From Agathobacter rectalis (GTDB taxonomy: Bacteria > Actinomycetota > Coriobacteriia > Coriobacteriales > QAMH01), in contig CAVAPV010000002.1 in NCBI GenBank assembly GCA_963590525.1, forward strand, positions 15,181-77,636: DNA of 62,456 bases. The letters are read 5' to 3'. Under the pieces are notes generated by a model. The model saw only the letters and a program-made list of their open reading frames with translations, was not told the origin of the DNA and did no database searches. Made by a program: the position numbers and the translations under genes. Below, in pieces: positions 28,939 through 37,127 of the stretch. The first letter of the stretch is position 1; each line of letters starts with the position of its first letter.

Positions 28939-30440
28939 TCCCCTATCCCCGCACCGCGATACATCAGCGCCTCGAGCAAGAAATCGTCTTTTACGGATTC
29001 GCTTTGCTCGATATCGGCAATCGTTCTCGCAACGCGCAACGTTCTTATGATGCCCCGCCCAGAAAGATGCTGCCTGTTTGCCATGTCCTCTAGCAGATGG
29101 CGTTGCCTGTCACTGAGCTTGCAGGCATCGAGCACGCTTTTGGGCGTTGTGACAGACAGGGCCTTGCCCCATCCCGCACGGTGCATGGCACGCTCGCGAG
29201 CACACGACACCTTGTCGCGCAAATGAGCTGAGCTCTCACCCTTGCCCGTGCCCATGACCTTGGCCGGGTCTATACGCGCAACCTCGCACGATAGGTCAAT
29301 GCGATCTGCAAACGGACCGCTTATCTTGGATTGATAGCGGCTTATCTGCAGATCCGTGCATTTGCAGCTGACATCCCTGTCTCCCAAGTACCCACATGGG
29401 CACGGATTAGACGCAGCGACGAGCTGGAAGTTTGCAGGAAAAACGCATCTGCCGTCTGCCCGACACAAGGCGATCTCTCCATCTTCGAGCGGCTGTCTGA
29501 GCCCCTGCAAAGCCGCAGAGGAAAACTCGCCCAGCTCGTCTAAGAAAAGCACCCCGTTGTGGGCAAGCGAGGCCTCTCCCGGCCTCAGAGGACTGCCGCC
29601 ACCGACCAGCGACGCTATCGTCGCACTGTGATGGGGGCTTCTAAAAGGGCGGATGCCCGCCTCGATACCCGAGATGTCGTATCCAGCCACAGAGTGGATG
29701 ATGGCAGACTCAACTTGTTCTTGAGGAGTCAACGGCGGCAGTATGGACGGCAGCCTGCGCGCGAGCATGCTCTTGCCAGAACCAGGCGCCCCAACGAGCA
29801 TGACACCGTGGCGTCCCGCCGCCGCAATGAGCATGGCGCGCACAGCGCGCTCTTGCCCCACGACGTCGGCATAATCCATGGCTTCGAGCGCGCAAGGGCG
29901 CTTTAGGGGTTTGGCAGCATCGAGCTTTCCTGTGTGCAGGCGCCCCAAGTTGGCAACGCATAGGTGCGTAAGCCCGCCCAAGTCCGGCAAAGCCATCTCT
30001 ACTGGCGCCGACAATAACGCCATACCTGCCTCATGGGCGCATTTTGCATAGGCGATGAGCCCATCTACAGGATGCACGCTGCCCTCAAGACCCAACTCCC
30101 CCACCGCGATGGCGTTTGCAAAGGGAGCAGCCGGTATCTGCCTTGTGGCAAGCAGGTACGCAATCGCGATAGGCAGATCGTAGGCAGAGCCTGACTTGCG
30201 CAGATCTGCAGGTGCGAGGTTTACGACGATGTGCCTTTCTGAGGACATGTCAAAACCCGCCGCCCTAACAGCAGAGCGCACGCGATGCCGTGCCTCTTGC
30301 ACAGCGGTGTCCACCATTCCGACGATATGCATGCCGGGCAGACCGCCGCCAACCTCGATCTCAACCGTTACGAGCACAGGCGTAACGCCCTTGAGCGCGC
30401 AGGTCTTCATGCGCGCCCGCGTTGTCTTAACGGCAGGCAT
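28935..30440 (-). CDS. comM: YifB/ComM family Mg-chelatase-like AAA+ ATPase
   Basis: Lon-like N-domain (VNLAPADLRKSGSAYDLPIAIAYL), AAA+ Walker A GAPGSGKSM, C-terminal Mg_chelatase_C. Start ambiguous (30410, 30440 or 30509). Confidence 0.88.
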   Translation of the reverse strand: MPAVKTTRARMKTCALKGVTPVLVTVEIEVGGGLPGMHIVGMVDTAVQEARHRVRSAVRAAGFDMSSERHIVVNLAPADLRKSGSAYDLPIAIAYLLATRQIPAAPFANAIAVGELGLEGSVHPVDGLIAYAKCAHEAGMALLSAPVEMALPDLGGLTHLCVANLGRLHTGKLDAAKPLKRPCALEAMDYADVVGQERAVRAMLIAAAGRHGVMLVGAPGSGKSMLARRLPSILPPLTPQEQVESAIIHSVAGYDISGIEAGIRPFRSPHHSATIASLVGGGSPLRPGEASLAHNGVLFLDELGEFSSAALQGLRQPLEDGEIALCRADGRCVFPANFQLVAASNPCPCGYLGDRDVSCKCTDLQISRYQSKISGPFADRIDLSCEVARIDPAKVMGTGKGESSAHLRDKVSCARERAMHRAGWGKALSVTTPKSVLDACKLSDRQRHLLEDMANRQHLSGRGIIRTLRVARTIADIEQSESVKDDFLLEALMYRGAGIGE

Positions 30441-31161
30441 CGAAAAACCCGATATGGTGACGGAGCATGGCGCGATTGTGGTCTTTGACGCAGATGGCGA
30501 TGGCGTCAAAGCGCACGGGCGTCCCGTCTTCCCAGTCGGCGTTGCTCATATACTCGAGTGCGATGTTTTCATACCTGCGGCGCTTGGCGCTGCTTACGGC
30601 TTCTTCTGGGAAACCAGCGTTGAGGCTGCGTCTCGTCTTAACCTCTACAAAGACGATAGCGCCGTTTTTATCCAAGGCGATGATGTCTGCCTCGCCCCAG
30701 CGGCAAGACCAGTTGCGCTCGAGTATCTCGTAGCCTTTGGACTCCAGGCAGCGGCAAGCGGCGTCCTCTCCGCGCGAGCCCAACCCGATGTTGCTCTCAT
30801 CGTAGGCGCTCTTGCGATGCTGCGGGCATGTGTCCACGCATTCCCAGCAACTTGACACGCCCTCGTCTTCAAGAAGGCTAAGCAGGGCCTCTGTGAACTC
30901 CTCGCCCTCTGCGCCGTTTGCAAACTCGTCGTAGAGGATCTCTACAGCCTCTGTGGGGCTGTCAAAATATGCAGCGCTATTGCGCACTGCCATAGCCGCC
31001 GCGGCAAACCAGCCTTGCGTATAAGCCGCATCCTCGAGGTCTTGCGCGCTCATGCAACTGTGGGTGCTGTTGTTGGACGAATCCTCCTCAAGCGTGATGA
31101 TCATCTGCAGTGTCTCCATATAATCCATCGCCAATCTCGCTTCCTCAAACGGCCTTGTCAA
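30427..31161 (-). CDS. yraN: YraN-family (UPF0102) endonuclease-like protein with a long acidic N-terminal extension
   Basis: The C-terminal approx 115 aa match YraN (GEDAACRCLESKGYEILERNW...GEADIIA...VFVEVKTRRS). The N-terminal approx 125 aa are not YraN-like. Start uncertain. Confidence 0.75.
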   Translation of the reverse strand: MTRPFEEARLAMDYMETLQMIITLEEDSSNNSTHSCMSAQDLEDAAYTQGWFAAAAMAVRNSAAYFDSPTEAVEILYDEFANGAEGEEFTEALLSLLEDEGVSSCWECVDTCPQHRKSAYDESNIGLGSRGEDAACRCLESKGYEILERNWSCRWGEADIIALDKNGAIVFVEVKTRRSLNAGFPEEAVSSAKRRRYENIALEYMSNADWEDGTPVRFDAIAICVKDHNRAMLRHHIGFFDACR

Positions 31162-31378
31162 AACCCGGCTTGCCAGCGCCGGACCAGACCATCTTCGCAG
31201 GCAAATCTAAGCAGGATTCAGACCAAACCAAGACCGATTTCAGACTAAAGAGAGGTTAAATACAGCCTTAACACTCCAAGATGCAATGCCAAAACAAGCA
31301 AGCGCTATACTGCAGCCCATATGTTGTCGCAGGTCATGACGACATACCTTAATAAAATGATAAGAGAGGGTATACCCT

Positions 31379-32707
31379 ATGCTACATGAGCGCCAAGAAT
31401 GGATAGACATCGTCAAAGACCTTGACGGCGACAAAGCGGGAAGAAAGACTTCGCTTGAGGCAATAGAGGCATCCGATGCCTGGGTCCATGGTGCGCCCGT
31501 GGCGTTTTCCTACGTGCCAAACCTCTTTAACAAAGACGACATGGACTACCTGCAAAAGGTATGCACGACAACGCATACGATCTTGTCCAAGGTCATCAGG
31601 CATTATCTAGACGATGTCTCCTACCGCGAGCTGTTCTGTTTTCCAAAAGAGGTAGAGCGCCTCATCTGCCTGCCGTGTGCCTACAGCGAGCTGCTTCCCA
31701 TGGGACGTTTTGACATCTTCCTAGACGAGAAAGACGGCTCCTTCAAGTTCTGCGAGTTCAACACCGACGGCTCCGGCGCCATGAGCCGCGACCTTTTGGT
31801 GAGCGAAGCCATGATGCAGACCAAGACCTTTGAGCGCTTTGCGCAAAACCACAAAGTCGAGCGTTTTGAGCTATTTGACAGCTGGGTCGAAGCCTTCATG
31901 AAAAGCTTTAGAGAAGACCCATGCTATGTGCCAAACCCCACCGTCTGCGTTACCGACTTTAAGGAAAGCGGCGTCTTCAGCGATTTCAACCGCTTTATCG
32001 ACGCCTTCAAGAAAGCAGGGGTCAACGCGCGCTTTGTCGATGTAAGGAGCTTTGTCTTTGACGGCGAGCATTTGATCGACCCAAGCGACAACACCGTCAT
32101 CAACGCCATCTACCGCCGAAGCGTCACAAGCGAGATTTTGCAGCACCCAGGCGAATGCGATGCCCTCATCAACGCCGTCGAGGCAGGCAAGGTCTGCCTT
32201 ATCGGCCACTTTAGAACGACAGTCGTCCACTCCAAGATGGTCAACGTCGCCTTGTTCGACCCGCGCACGCGAGAGTTTCTCACCGATGAGGAGTGGGAGT
32301 TTATCCAAGCGCATGTGCCAGCCACCTATCGCTTGCGCCACGACACAAAAGACCTGGACATCGATGAGGTCAAAGCCAACAAGGATGCATGGATTATCAA
32401 GCCAGAAGACGACTACGGCGCAAGCGGCGTCTATCCTGGAGTTGACTTTGACCAAAAGCGCTGGGAAGAACTCGTGGATGCCAACACAGACAGATCCTAC
32501 ATCGCCCAAGAGTTCTACACCCCGCGCAAGGTCGATATCATCTTGCCGGGCGATGAGCAAGCAAAGGTGCAAAGCTGGCAGCAGATGCCCGGTTTCTACC
32601 AGTACAACGGCAAAATCTGCGGCTTCTACGTAAGGCTTGGGCAAGAGGGAGTGATAGCGCTCGACCATGGCGGCATCATCGCCAACAGCTTCAAAGTCGA
32701 TTGTTAA
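31379..32707 (+). CDS. Glutathionylspermidine-synthase-family ATP-grasp ligase (unknown substrates)
   Basis: 442 aa. GSP_synth signature GRFDIFLDEKDGSFKFCEFNTDGSG, and later IIKPEDDYGASGV. SD GAGAGGG upstream. One of only two plus-strand genes. Confidence 0.75.
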   Translation: MLHERQEWIDIVKDLDGDKAGRKTSLEAIEASDAWVHGAPVAFSYVPNLFNKDDMDYLQKVCTTTHTILSKVIRHYLDDVSYRELFCFPKEVERLICLPCAYSELLPMGRFDIFLDEKDGSFKFCEFNTDGSGAMSRDLLVSEAMMQTKTFERFAQNHKVERFELFDSWVEAFMKSFREDPCYVPNPTVCVTDFKESGVFSDFNRFIDAFKKAGVNARFVDVRSFVFDGEHLIDPSDNTVINAIYRRSVTSEILQHPGECDALINAVEAGKVCLIGHFRTTVVHSKMVNVALFDPRTREFLTDEEWEFIQAHVPATYRLRHDTKDLDIDEVKANKDAWIIKPEDDYGASGVYPGVDFDQKRWEELVDANTDRSYIAQEFYTPRKVDIILPGDEQAKVQSWQQMPGFYQYNGKICGFYVRLGQEGVIALDHGGIIANSFKVDC

Positions 32708-32827
32708 GAGGCAGCGCGGCTAAAGGAGAGCCCTGCGTGTTCGGACGGCCAAGCAAGCATCCGCGCCATGCACCCAAAACCATGGCAGCAAGACATGGCA
32801 AATCCACTGCAACATAAAGCGTCAACA

Positions 32828-32860
32828 AGAAAGCCTCCCTTGAAGGGAGGCTTTCTTTTG
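32828..32860. terminator. Bidirectional hairpin terminator between the convergent GSP-synthase-like gene and gltX
   Basis: AGAAAGCCTCCC-ttgaa-GGGAGGCTTTCT (12-bp perfect stem) followed by TTTTG on the plus strand, with T-containing tails on both sides. Confidence 0.8.
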
Positions 32861-32885
32861 CATTGCAGGTAAAAAGTGCCGGATC

Positions 32886-34337
32886 TTAGTCGACGGCTAT
32901 CTGAGCAGCCGCAGCGATACGAGAGGCGACTTGCTCGCGCGTGAGCAGCTCCATGGACTCGCACAGAGGAGGGCTCACCTGGCTGCCGGTGACGGCAACG
33001 CGAACGGGCTGGAAGACGAACTTGACCTTGACACCCAGCTCGTCGACGACAGAGCGCATCGCTGCCTCGATAGAAGCACAATCCCAATCGCAGCTCTCGA
33101 GCACAGAGGCGACCTTGAGCAAGTTGCTCTTGGCGCCCGCGCCCTCTTTTTGCAAGATCTTGGCGACGGATTTCTCGTCGTAGGAAAGCTCGTCTACAAA
33201 GAGGTAGGAAAGCATGTCGACAGCTTGGTTGACGAGCTTGACGCGCTCCATGACCAGCGGGTACATCTTCTTGATGCGGTCTGCATCAGAGACATCGTAG
33301 CCAGCCTTCTCAAGCAGCGGGATCAAGAGCTCGGTAAACTTATCGGCACCCATCATCTGGATGTACTGGCCGTTTACCCAGTCCAGTTTTTCGGGGTCGA
33401 GGCTTGCGGGGTTCTTGCTCAAGCGATCGAGTGAGAAGCGCTGCGCCATCTCATCGCGGCTGAATATCGTGGTCTCGCCATCGGGCGCCCACCCAAGCAG
33501 AGCAAGGTAGTTGAACAAGCCGTCTTTGAGATAGCCCATATCGCGGTATTCCTCGACGCTGGCTGCCCCATGGCGCTTGGAGAGCTTTTTGCCATCAGGT
33601 CCGCAGATCATGGGGATGTGCGCAAAGACGGGCGTGGGGTAACCCAGCGCCTCGTAGACGAGGATCTGACGCGGCGTGTTGGAGAAGTGGTCGTCACCGC
33701 GGATGATATGGGTCATCTGCATATTGACGTCATCGCAGACAACAGCAAAGTTGTAAGTGGGGCTGCCGTCGCTTCGGACGATGATCATATCGTCTTGCAA
33801 AGCAGCGTCAAAGTCGACATCGCCGTGAACAGCGTCGTGCACCGTGATCATGCCACGGTCTTGAGGGACCTTGAGACGCCATACATAAGTCTCGCCTGCG
33901 GCCATGCGCTCGTCGCGCTCTTTGCAACTCAGGCAACGGCAGGGGTCAGGATGTGCTGCAAGACCGTCTGCTTGGATGGCTTCACGGCGCATCTCGTTTT
34001 GCTCTGCCGTGCAAAAGCAGGGGTACGCGTTGCCGCTTGCGGCAAGCTTATCGAGCGCGGCCGTGTAGGTGTCAAAGCGCTTGGTCTGCAGATACGGACC
34101 AAAGTCTCCCCCAACCTCGGGGCCCTCGTCCCAGTCAAGCCCCAACCAGCGCATAGCGCGGACGATGAGATCGATGTTTTCTTGCGTGGAACGCTCTGGA
34201 TCGGTGTCCTCGATACGCAAGATGAACTTGCCGCCAGTGGCCCTAGCGTAGGCCCAGTTGTAGATAGCAGTGCGGGCACCGCCGATATGCAGCTTGCCCG
34301 TAGGCGACGGGGCAAAACGCACGCGAACTTCAGACAT
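32886..34337 (-). CDS. gltX: Glutamate--tRNA ligase
   Basis: 483 aa. VRVRFAPSPTGKLHIGGARTA (HIGH) and KLSKRHG (KMSKS). AAGGAG 6 nt upstream of the ATG. Confidence 0.95.
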   Translation of the reverse strand: MSEVRVRFAPSPTGKLHIGGARTAIYNWAYARATGGKFILRIEDTDPERSTQENIDLIVRAMRWLGLDWDEGPEVGGDFGPYLQTKRFDTYTAALDKLAASGNAYPCFCTAEQNEMRREAIQADGLAAHPDPCRCLSCKERDERMAAGETYVWRLKVPQDRGMITVHDAVHGDVDFDAALQDDMIIVRSDGSPTYNFAVVCDDVNMQMTHIIRGDDHFSNTPRQILVYEALGYPTPVFAHIPMICGPDGKKLSKRHGAASVEEYRDMGYLKDGLFNYLALLGWAPDGETTIFSRDEMAQRFSLDRLSKNPASLDPEKLDWVNGQYIQMMGADKFTELLIPLLEKAGYDVSDADRIKKMYPLVMERVKLVNQAVDMLSYLFVDELSYDEKSVAKILQKEGAGAKSNLLKVASVLESCDWDCASIEAAMRSVVDELGVKVKFVFQPVRVAVTGSQVSPPLCESMELLTREQVASRIAAAAQIAVD

Positions 34338-34382
34338 CGATGTCTCCTTGGTAGCTGATGTGCTTGATACATAAACCTGTTA

Positions 34383-34412
34383 AGTATAGCGCCCCAACCG
34401 CAAGCAAGGCAA
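34383..34412 (-). promoter_or_regulatory. Candidate sigma-70-type promoter for gltX
   Basis: Minus strand TTGCCT - 18 nt - TATACT, about 45 nt upstream of the gltX ATG. Confidence 0.4.
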
Positions 34413-34480
34413 AAAATGCTCTGCCATCACCGTGGCAACAAAAGGCAATCATCGTAAAACTGCAAAGCAGTATCAGACGA

Positions 34481-35992
34481 TCAAAGGACCGAGATGCGCC
34501 CAGCACCGTCTGGATTGGCATAGCGGCCGCAGAGTTCTTCTTGGCTGATCTTTACAAGATAACGCGCCAGCGCATCGACATCGCGCACCGTATCGCAATC
34601 TACAGGCTGTGACGCAGCAAACATCTCATAGGCGCCCTTGCCTGCCTTGACCATGAAATCAACGCCTGCGACGGTATAAGCGTCTCGCGCGCAAATGGGT
34701 TTACCACCAACACAAACGTTAGAAACCATGCCGCAAGAAGCGTCAAAGGCAAAGCTCAAAGAAGACGATACTTGCAGCCAATAGCGATTGGGTTTGGGAT
34801 AGGCGCAAACGGCAAAGGCGAGTGCATCGCAGATGACCTGGCCGCTTACCTTGACGCAGGTGAGGTTATGACCCAAGCAAAGCACTTCGTAAAGCTGATG
34901 CATGCTCACTTGTCCAGATGCAAGGTTATCGCGGATAACCCAGCTAGGGACCAAGGCGATATCAGCATCAAGCGCATCACACCAGGCATCGGCCACAAGA
35001 TCGCCCAAGTTGGTCTCCTGTCTCCTGACAAGCCACGAGCCAGCCTCGTCTTGCGCACTAAGAAAGCACGGCAAAACGCAGATCTCTTTATCCAGACGGC
35101 TTTTCCATGGGTCGATACAGCTATCTATAAAATGCGACATAGTGTCGTCTGGCTGAACAGAGGACGCATCTACAGCAGTGACCTTGATCTCATGAGATTG
35201 GACGTCTATCTCTACAACGTTTGTGCAAGCGAGCTTGAGACCTCCCTGCACGATAACCACCTCGTGCCCATGCAAATCATGTACGCGCCGGCAGTAGCGC
35301 TCGTGAGAATGGCCATCGCAGACAAGGTCTATGCCATGCGTGTTTGCCACCACAACATTGCTTCTAAACGCGCTGTGCTCGCCTGCCTGCCCCAGATGCG
35401 ACAAGAGAACCACTATGTCCGCCCCATGCGTTCTAGCATCGTCTACAGCGCTTTGGACAGCACCGTAAAGCTTGCGTCCGTCGCCATCGCTAGAGCAGTC
35501 CCACATGAGGGATTGCGAATGGGCCGCAAAGGCGCTTGCCTCAAAAGCGCTGGCGGCCAAAGGCGTTACAACCCCCACAAAGGCAACGTGCAAACCGCCG
35601 ACGTCGCACAGCCGATACGAGGCAAAGACAGGTTTTGAGCTATCAAGGTCTATAAGGTTTGAGCAGACAAACTCAAACGAAGCAGCGCGTGACAGCTCGA
35701 GCATGCGCGCAGGCCCAAAGGTAAGGTCTGCGTTTCCCGGGCAGGCGGCAACATAGCCAGCACGATTCATAGCTGCAAGCGGTATCTCACCTGCGCTTAT
35801 GCAACCCAACGCCCCCACGCCCAAAGCGTCTCCGCTATCCACAAGACATACGTTTTGGGCACCATAGCGCCGACGTGCCTTTGCGGCCACAGCCGCCACG
35901 CCGTCAAAGCCAATGCCTTGCGGCCCGTAACTTAGCGCGCAATGAGCGTCGTTAGTGCATATGATGCATATCTTGTGTCCCATGCGTTTCAT
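34481..35992 (-). CDS. Metallophosphatase / 5'-nucleotidase-family protein, cytoplasmic, with a degenerate GNH motif
   Basis: 503 aa, no signal peptide. TNDAHC, DSGDAL, GNADL (in place of GNHEF), LSHLG, DGHSHE, plus a 5'-nucleotidase C-terminal domain. Confidence 0.75.
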   Translation of the reverse strand: MKRMGHKICIICTNDAHCALSYGPQGIGFDGVAAVAAKARRRYGAQNVCLVDSGDALGVGALGCISAGEIPLAAMNRAGYVAACPGNADLTFGPARMLELSRAASFEFVCSNLIDLDSSKPVFASYRLCDVGGLHVAFVGVVTPLAASAFEASAFAAHSQSLMWDCSSDGDGRKLYGAVQSAVDDARTHGADIVVLLSHLGQAGEHSAFRSNVVVANTHGIDLVCDGHSHERYCRRVHDLHGHEVVIVQGGLKLACTNVVEIDVQSHEIKVTAVDASSVQPDDTMSHFIDSCIDPWKSRLDKEICVLPCFLSAQDEAGSWLVRRQETNLGDLVADAWCDALDADIALVPSWVIRDNLASGQVSMHQLYEVLCLGHNLTCVKVSGQVICDALAFAVCAYPKPNRYWLQVSSSLSFAFDASCGMVSNVCVGGKPICARDAYTVAGVDFMVKAGKGAYEMFAASQPVDCDTVRDVDALARYLVKISQEELCGRYANPDGAGRISVL

Positions 35993-36081
35993 GGTAAACC
36001 CTCATGCGCGATGGCAAAACCAAGCTTATGCGATTGCTCTTCAAGCAGGAGAAGTTATCGCGGCTAACGATATGAAGATGC

Positions 36082-36167
36082 AGACATCGCAATTTGCTCG
36101 CGCACGGGCCAAGGGCAAAACGACGTAGACATTGCAATTTGCACGCACACACCCCAGGGGCAAAACG
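36082..36167. repeat. Two tandem 45-bp-period repeats, each carrying the palindrome GCAATTTGC
   Basis: 36082-36122 and 36127-36167 are 34/41 identical (AGACATyGCAATTTGC...GGGCAAAACG). They lie 90-175 nt upstream of the metallophosphatase start. Confidence 0.85.
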
Positions 36168-36187
36168 CATCCCATAGAGCACTCCAA

Positions 36188-36221
36188 ACAAAAAAGCAGC
36201 CGCCCCCAAAGGGACGGCTGC
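36188..36221 (-). terminator. Rho-independent terminator after tsf
   Basis: Minus strand GCAGCCGTCCC-tttg-GGGGCGGCTGC followed by TTTTTTGTTTGG. Confidence 0.85.
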
Positions 36222-36254
36222 AAAAGGCACAGCAGTTAAGCTACGTAAGAAGGT

Positions 36255-37127
36255 TTAGGCACCCAGTGCGATGCGAGCATAGCCCGCGATCTTGATGGTG
36301 TCGCCCAGCTCCTTGGCAACGCTGGCAACGTACTGCTCGACGGTCTTGTCGGGATCTTTGACAAAGTCCTGAGCAACGAGGCAGTTCTCCTTGTAGAACT
36401 TCTCCATACGGCCAGAAGCGATCTTCTCCTGGATAGCCTCGGGCTTGCCGGACTCGGCAGCCTGAGCCTTGTAGATGGACATCTCGTGCTCGGCGACCTC
36501 GGCAGGGACGGAATCCTTGTCCAAGGAGACGGGGTTGGTAGCAGCGATCTGCATCGCAACGTCCTTGCCCATAGCCTGGAAGGCATCCGTAGCAGCGGTA
36601 TCGGCATTGCCGCACTCGAAGGAAACGAGAACGCCGATCTTGTTGTTCATGTGGTTGTAGGAAACCACACCGCCGTTGGCAGGGATCTCGACACGCTCAA
36701 AACGAGCGATCTGGATGTTCTCACCGATGACGTGGATAGCGTCGGTCACGATGTCTGCAACCTTGGCGCCGTCGAACTCGGACTCCTTGAGAGCCTCGAC
36801 GTCGGCGGGGTTGTTCTTGATGACGGCAGCAGCGAACTTATCGCAGTACTCGCCAAACTTGTCGTTGATGGCGACGAAGTCCGTCTCGCAGTTGACCTCG
36901 ACGACTGCGGCAGCACCGCAGGTGTCGCAGACCTTGGCGACGACGCGACCCTCGTTGGTGGCACGGCCGGCCTTCTTGGCGGCAGCAGCCAGACCACGGG
37001 TACGCAGGATGTCTGCAGCAGCATCCAAGTTGCCGTCGGCCTCGACGAGTGCCTTCTTGCACTCCATCATGCCGGCGCCAGTGGACTCGCGCAGCTCTTT
37101 GACCATTGCAGCAGTGACGTTTGCCAT
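36255..37127 (-). CDS. tsf: Elongation factor Ts
   Basis: 290 aa, VTAAMVKELRESTGAGMMECKKALVEADGN (UBA-like N-terminus). ATG overlaps the rpsB stop (TAATG). Confidence 0.95.
   Translation of the reverse strand: MANVTAAMVKELRESTGAGMMECKKALVEADGNLDAAADILRTRGLAAAAKKAGRATNEGRVVAKVCDTCGAAAVVEVNCETDFVAINDKFGEYCDKFAAAVIKNNPADVEALKESEFDGAKVADIVTDAIHVIGENIQIARFERVEIPANGGVVSYNHMNNKIGVLVSFECGNADTAATDAFQAMGKDVAMQIAATNPVSLDKDSVPAEVAEHEMSIYKAQAAESGKPEAIQEKIASGRMEKFYKENCLVAQDFVKDPDKTVEQYVASVAKELGDTIKIAGYARIALGA

Noticed and set aside
35952-36230. Minus-strand ORFs (92 and 60 aa) over the tandem repeat; also considered whether the repeat is a mini-CRISPR.
   Set aside because: The ORF sequences merely mirror the 45-bp duplication and overlap the tsf terminator. 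There are only two repeat copies, directly abutting with no unique spacers, and no cas genes are present, so this is not CRISPR.
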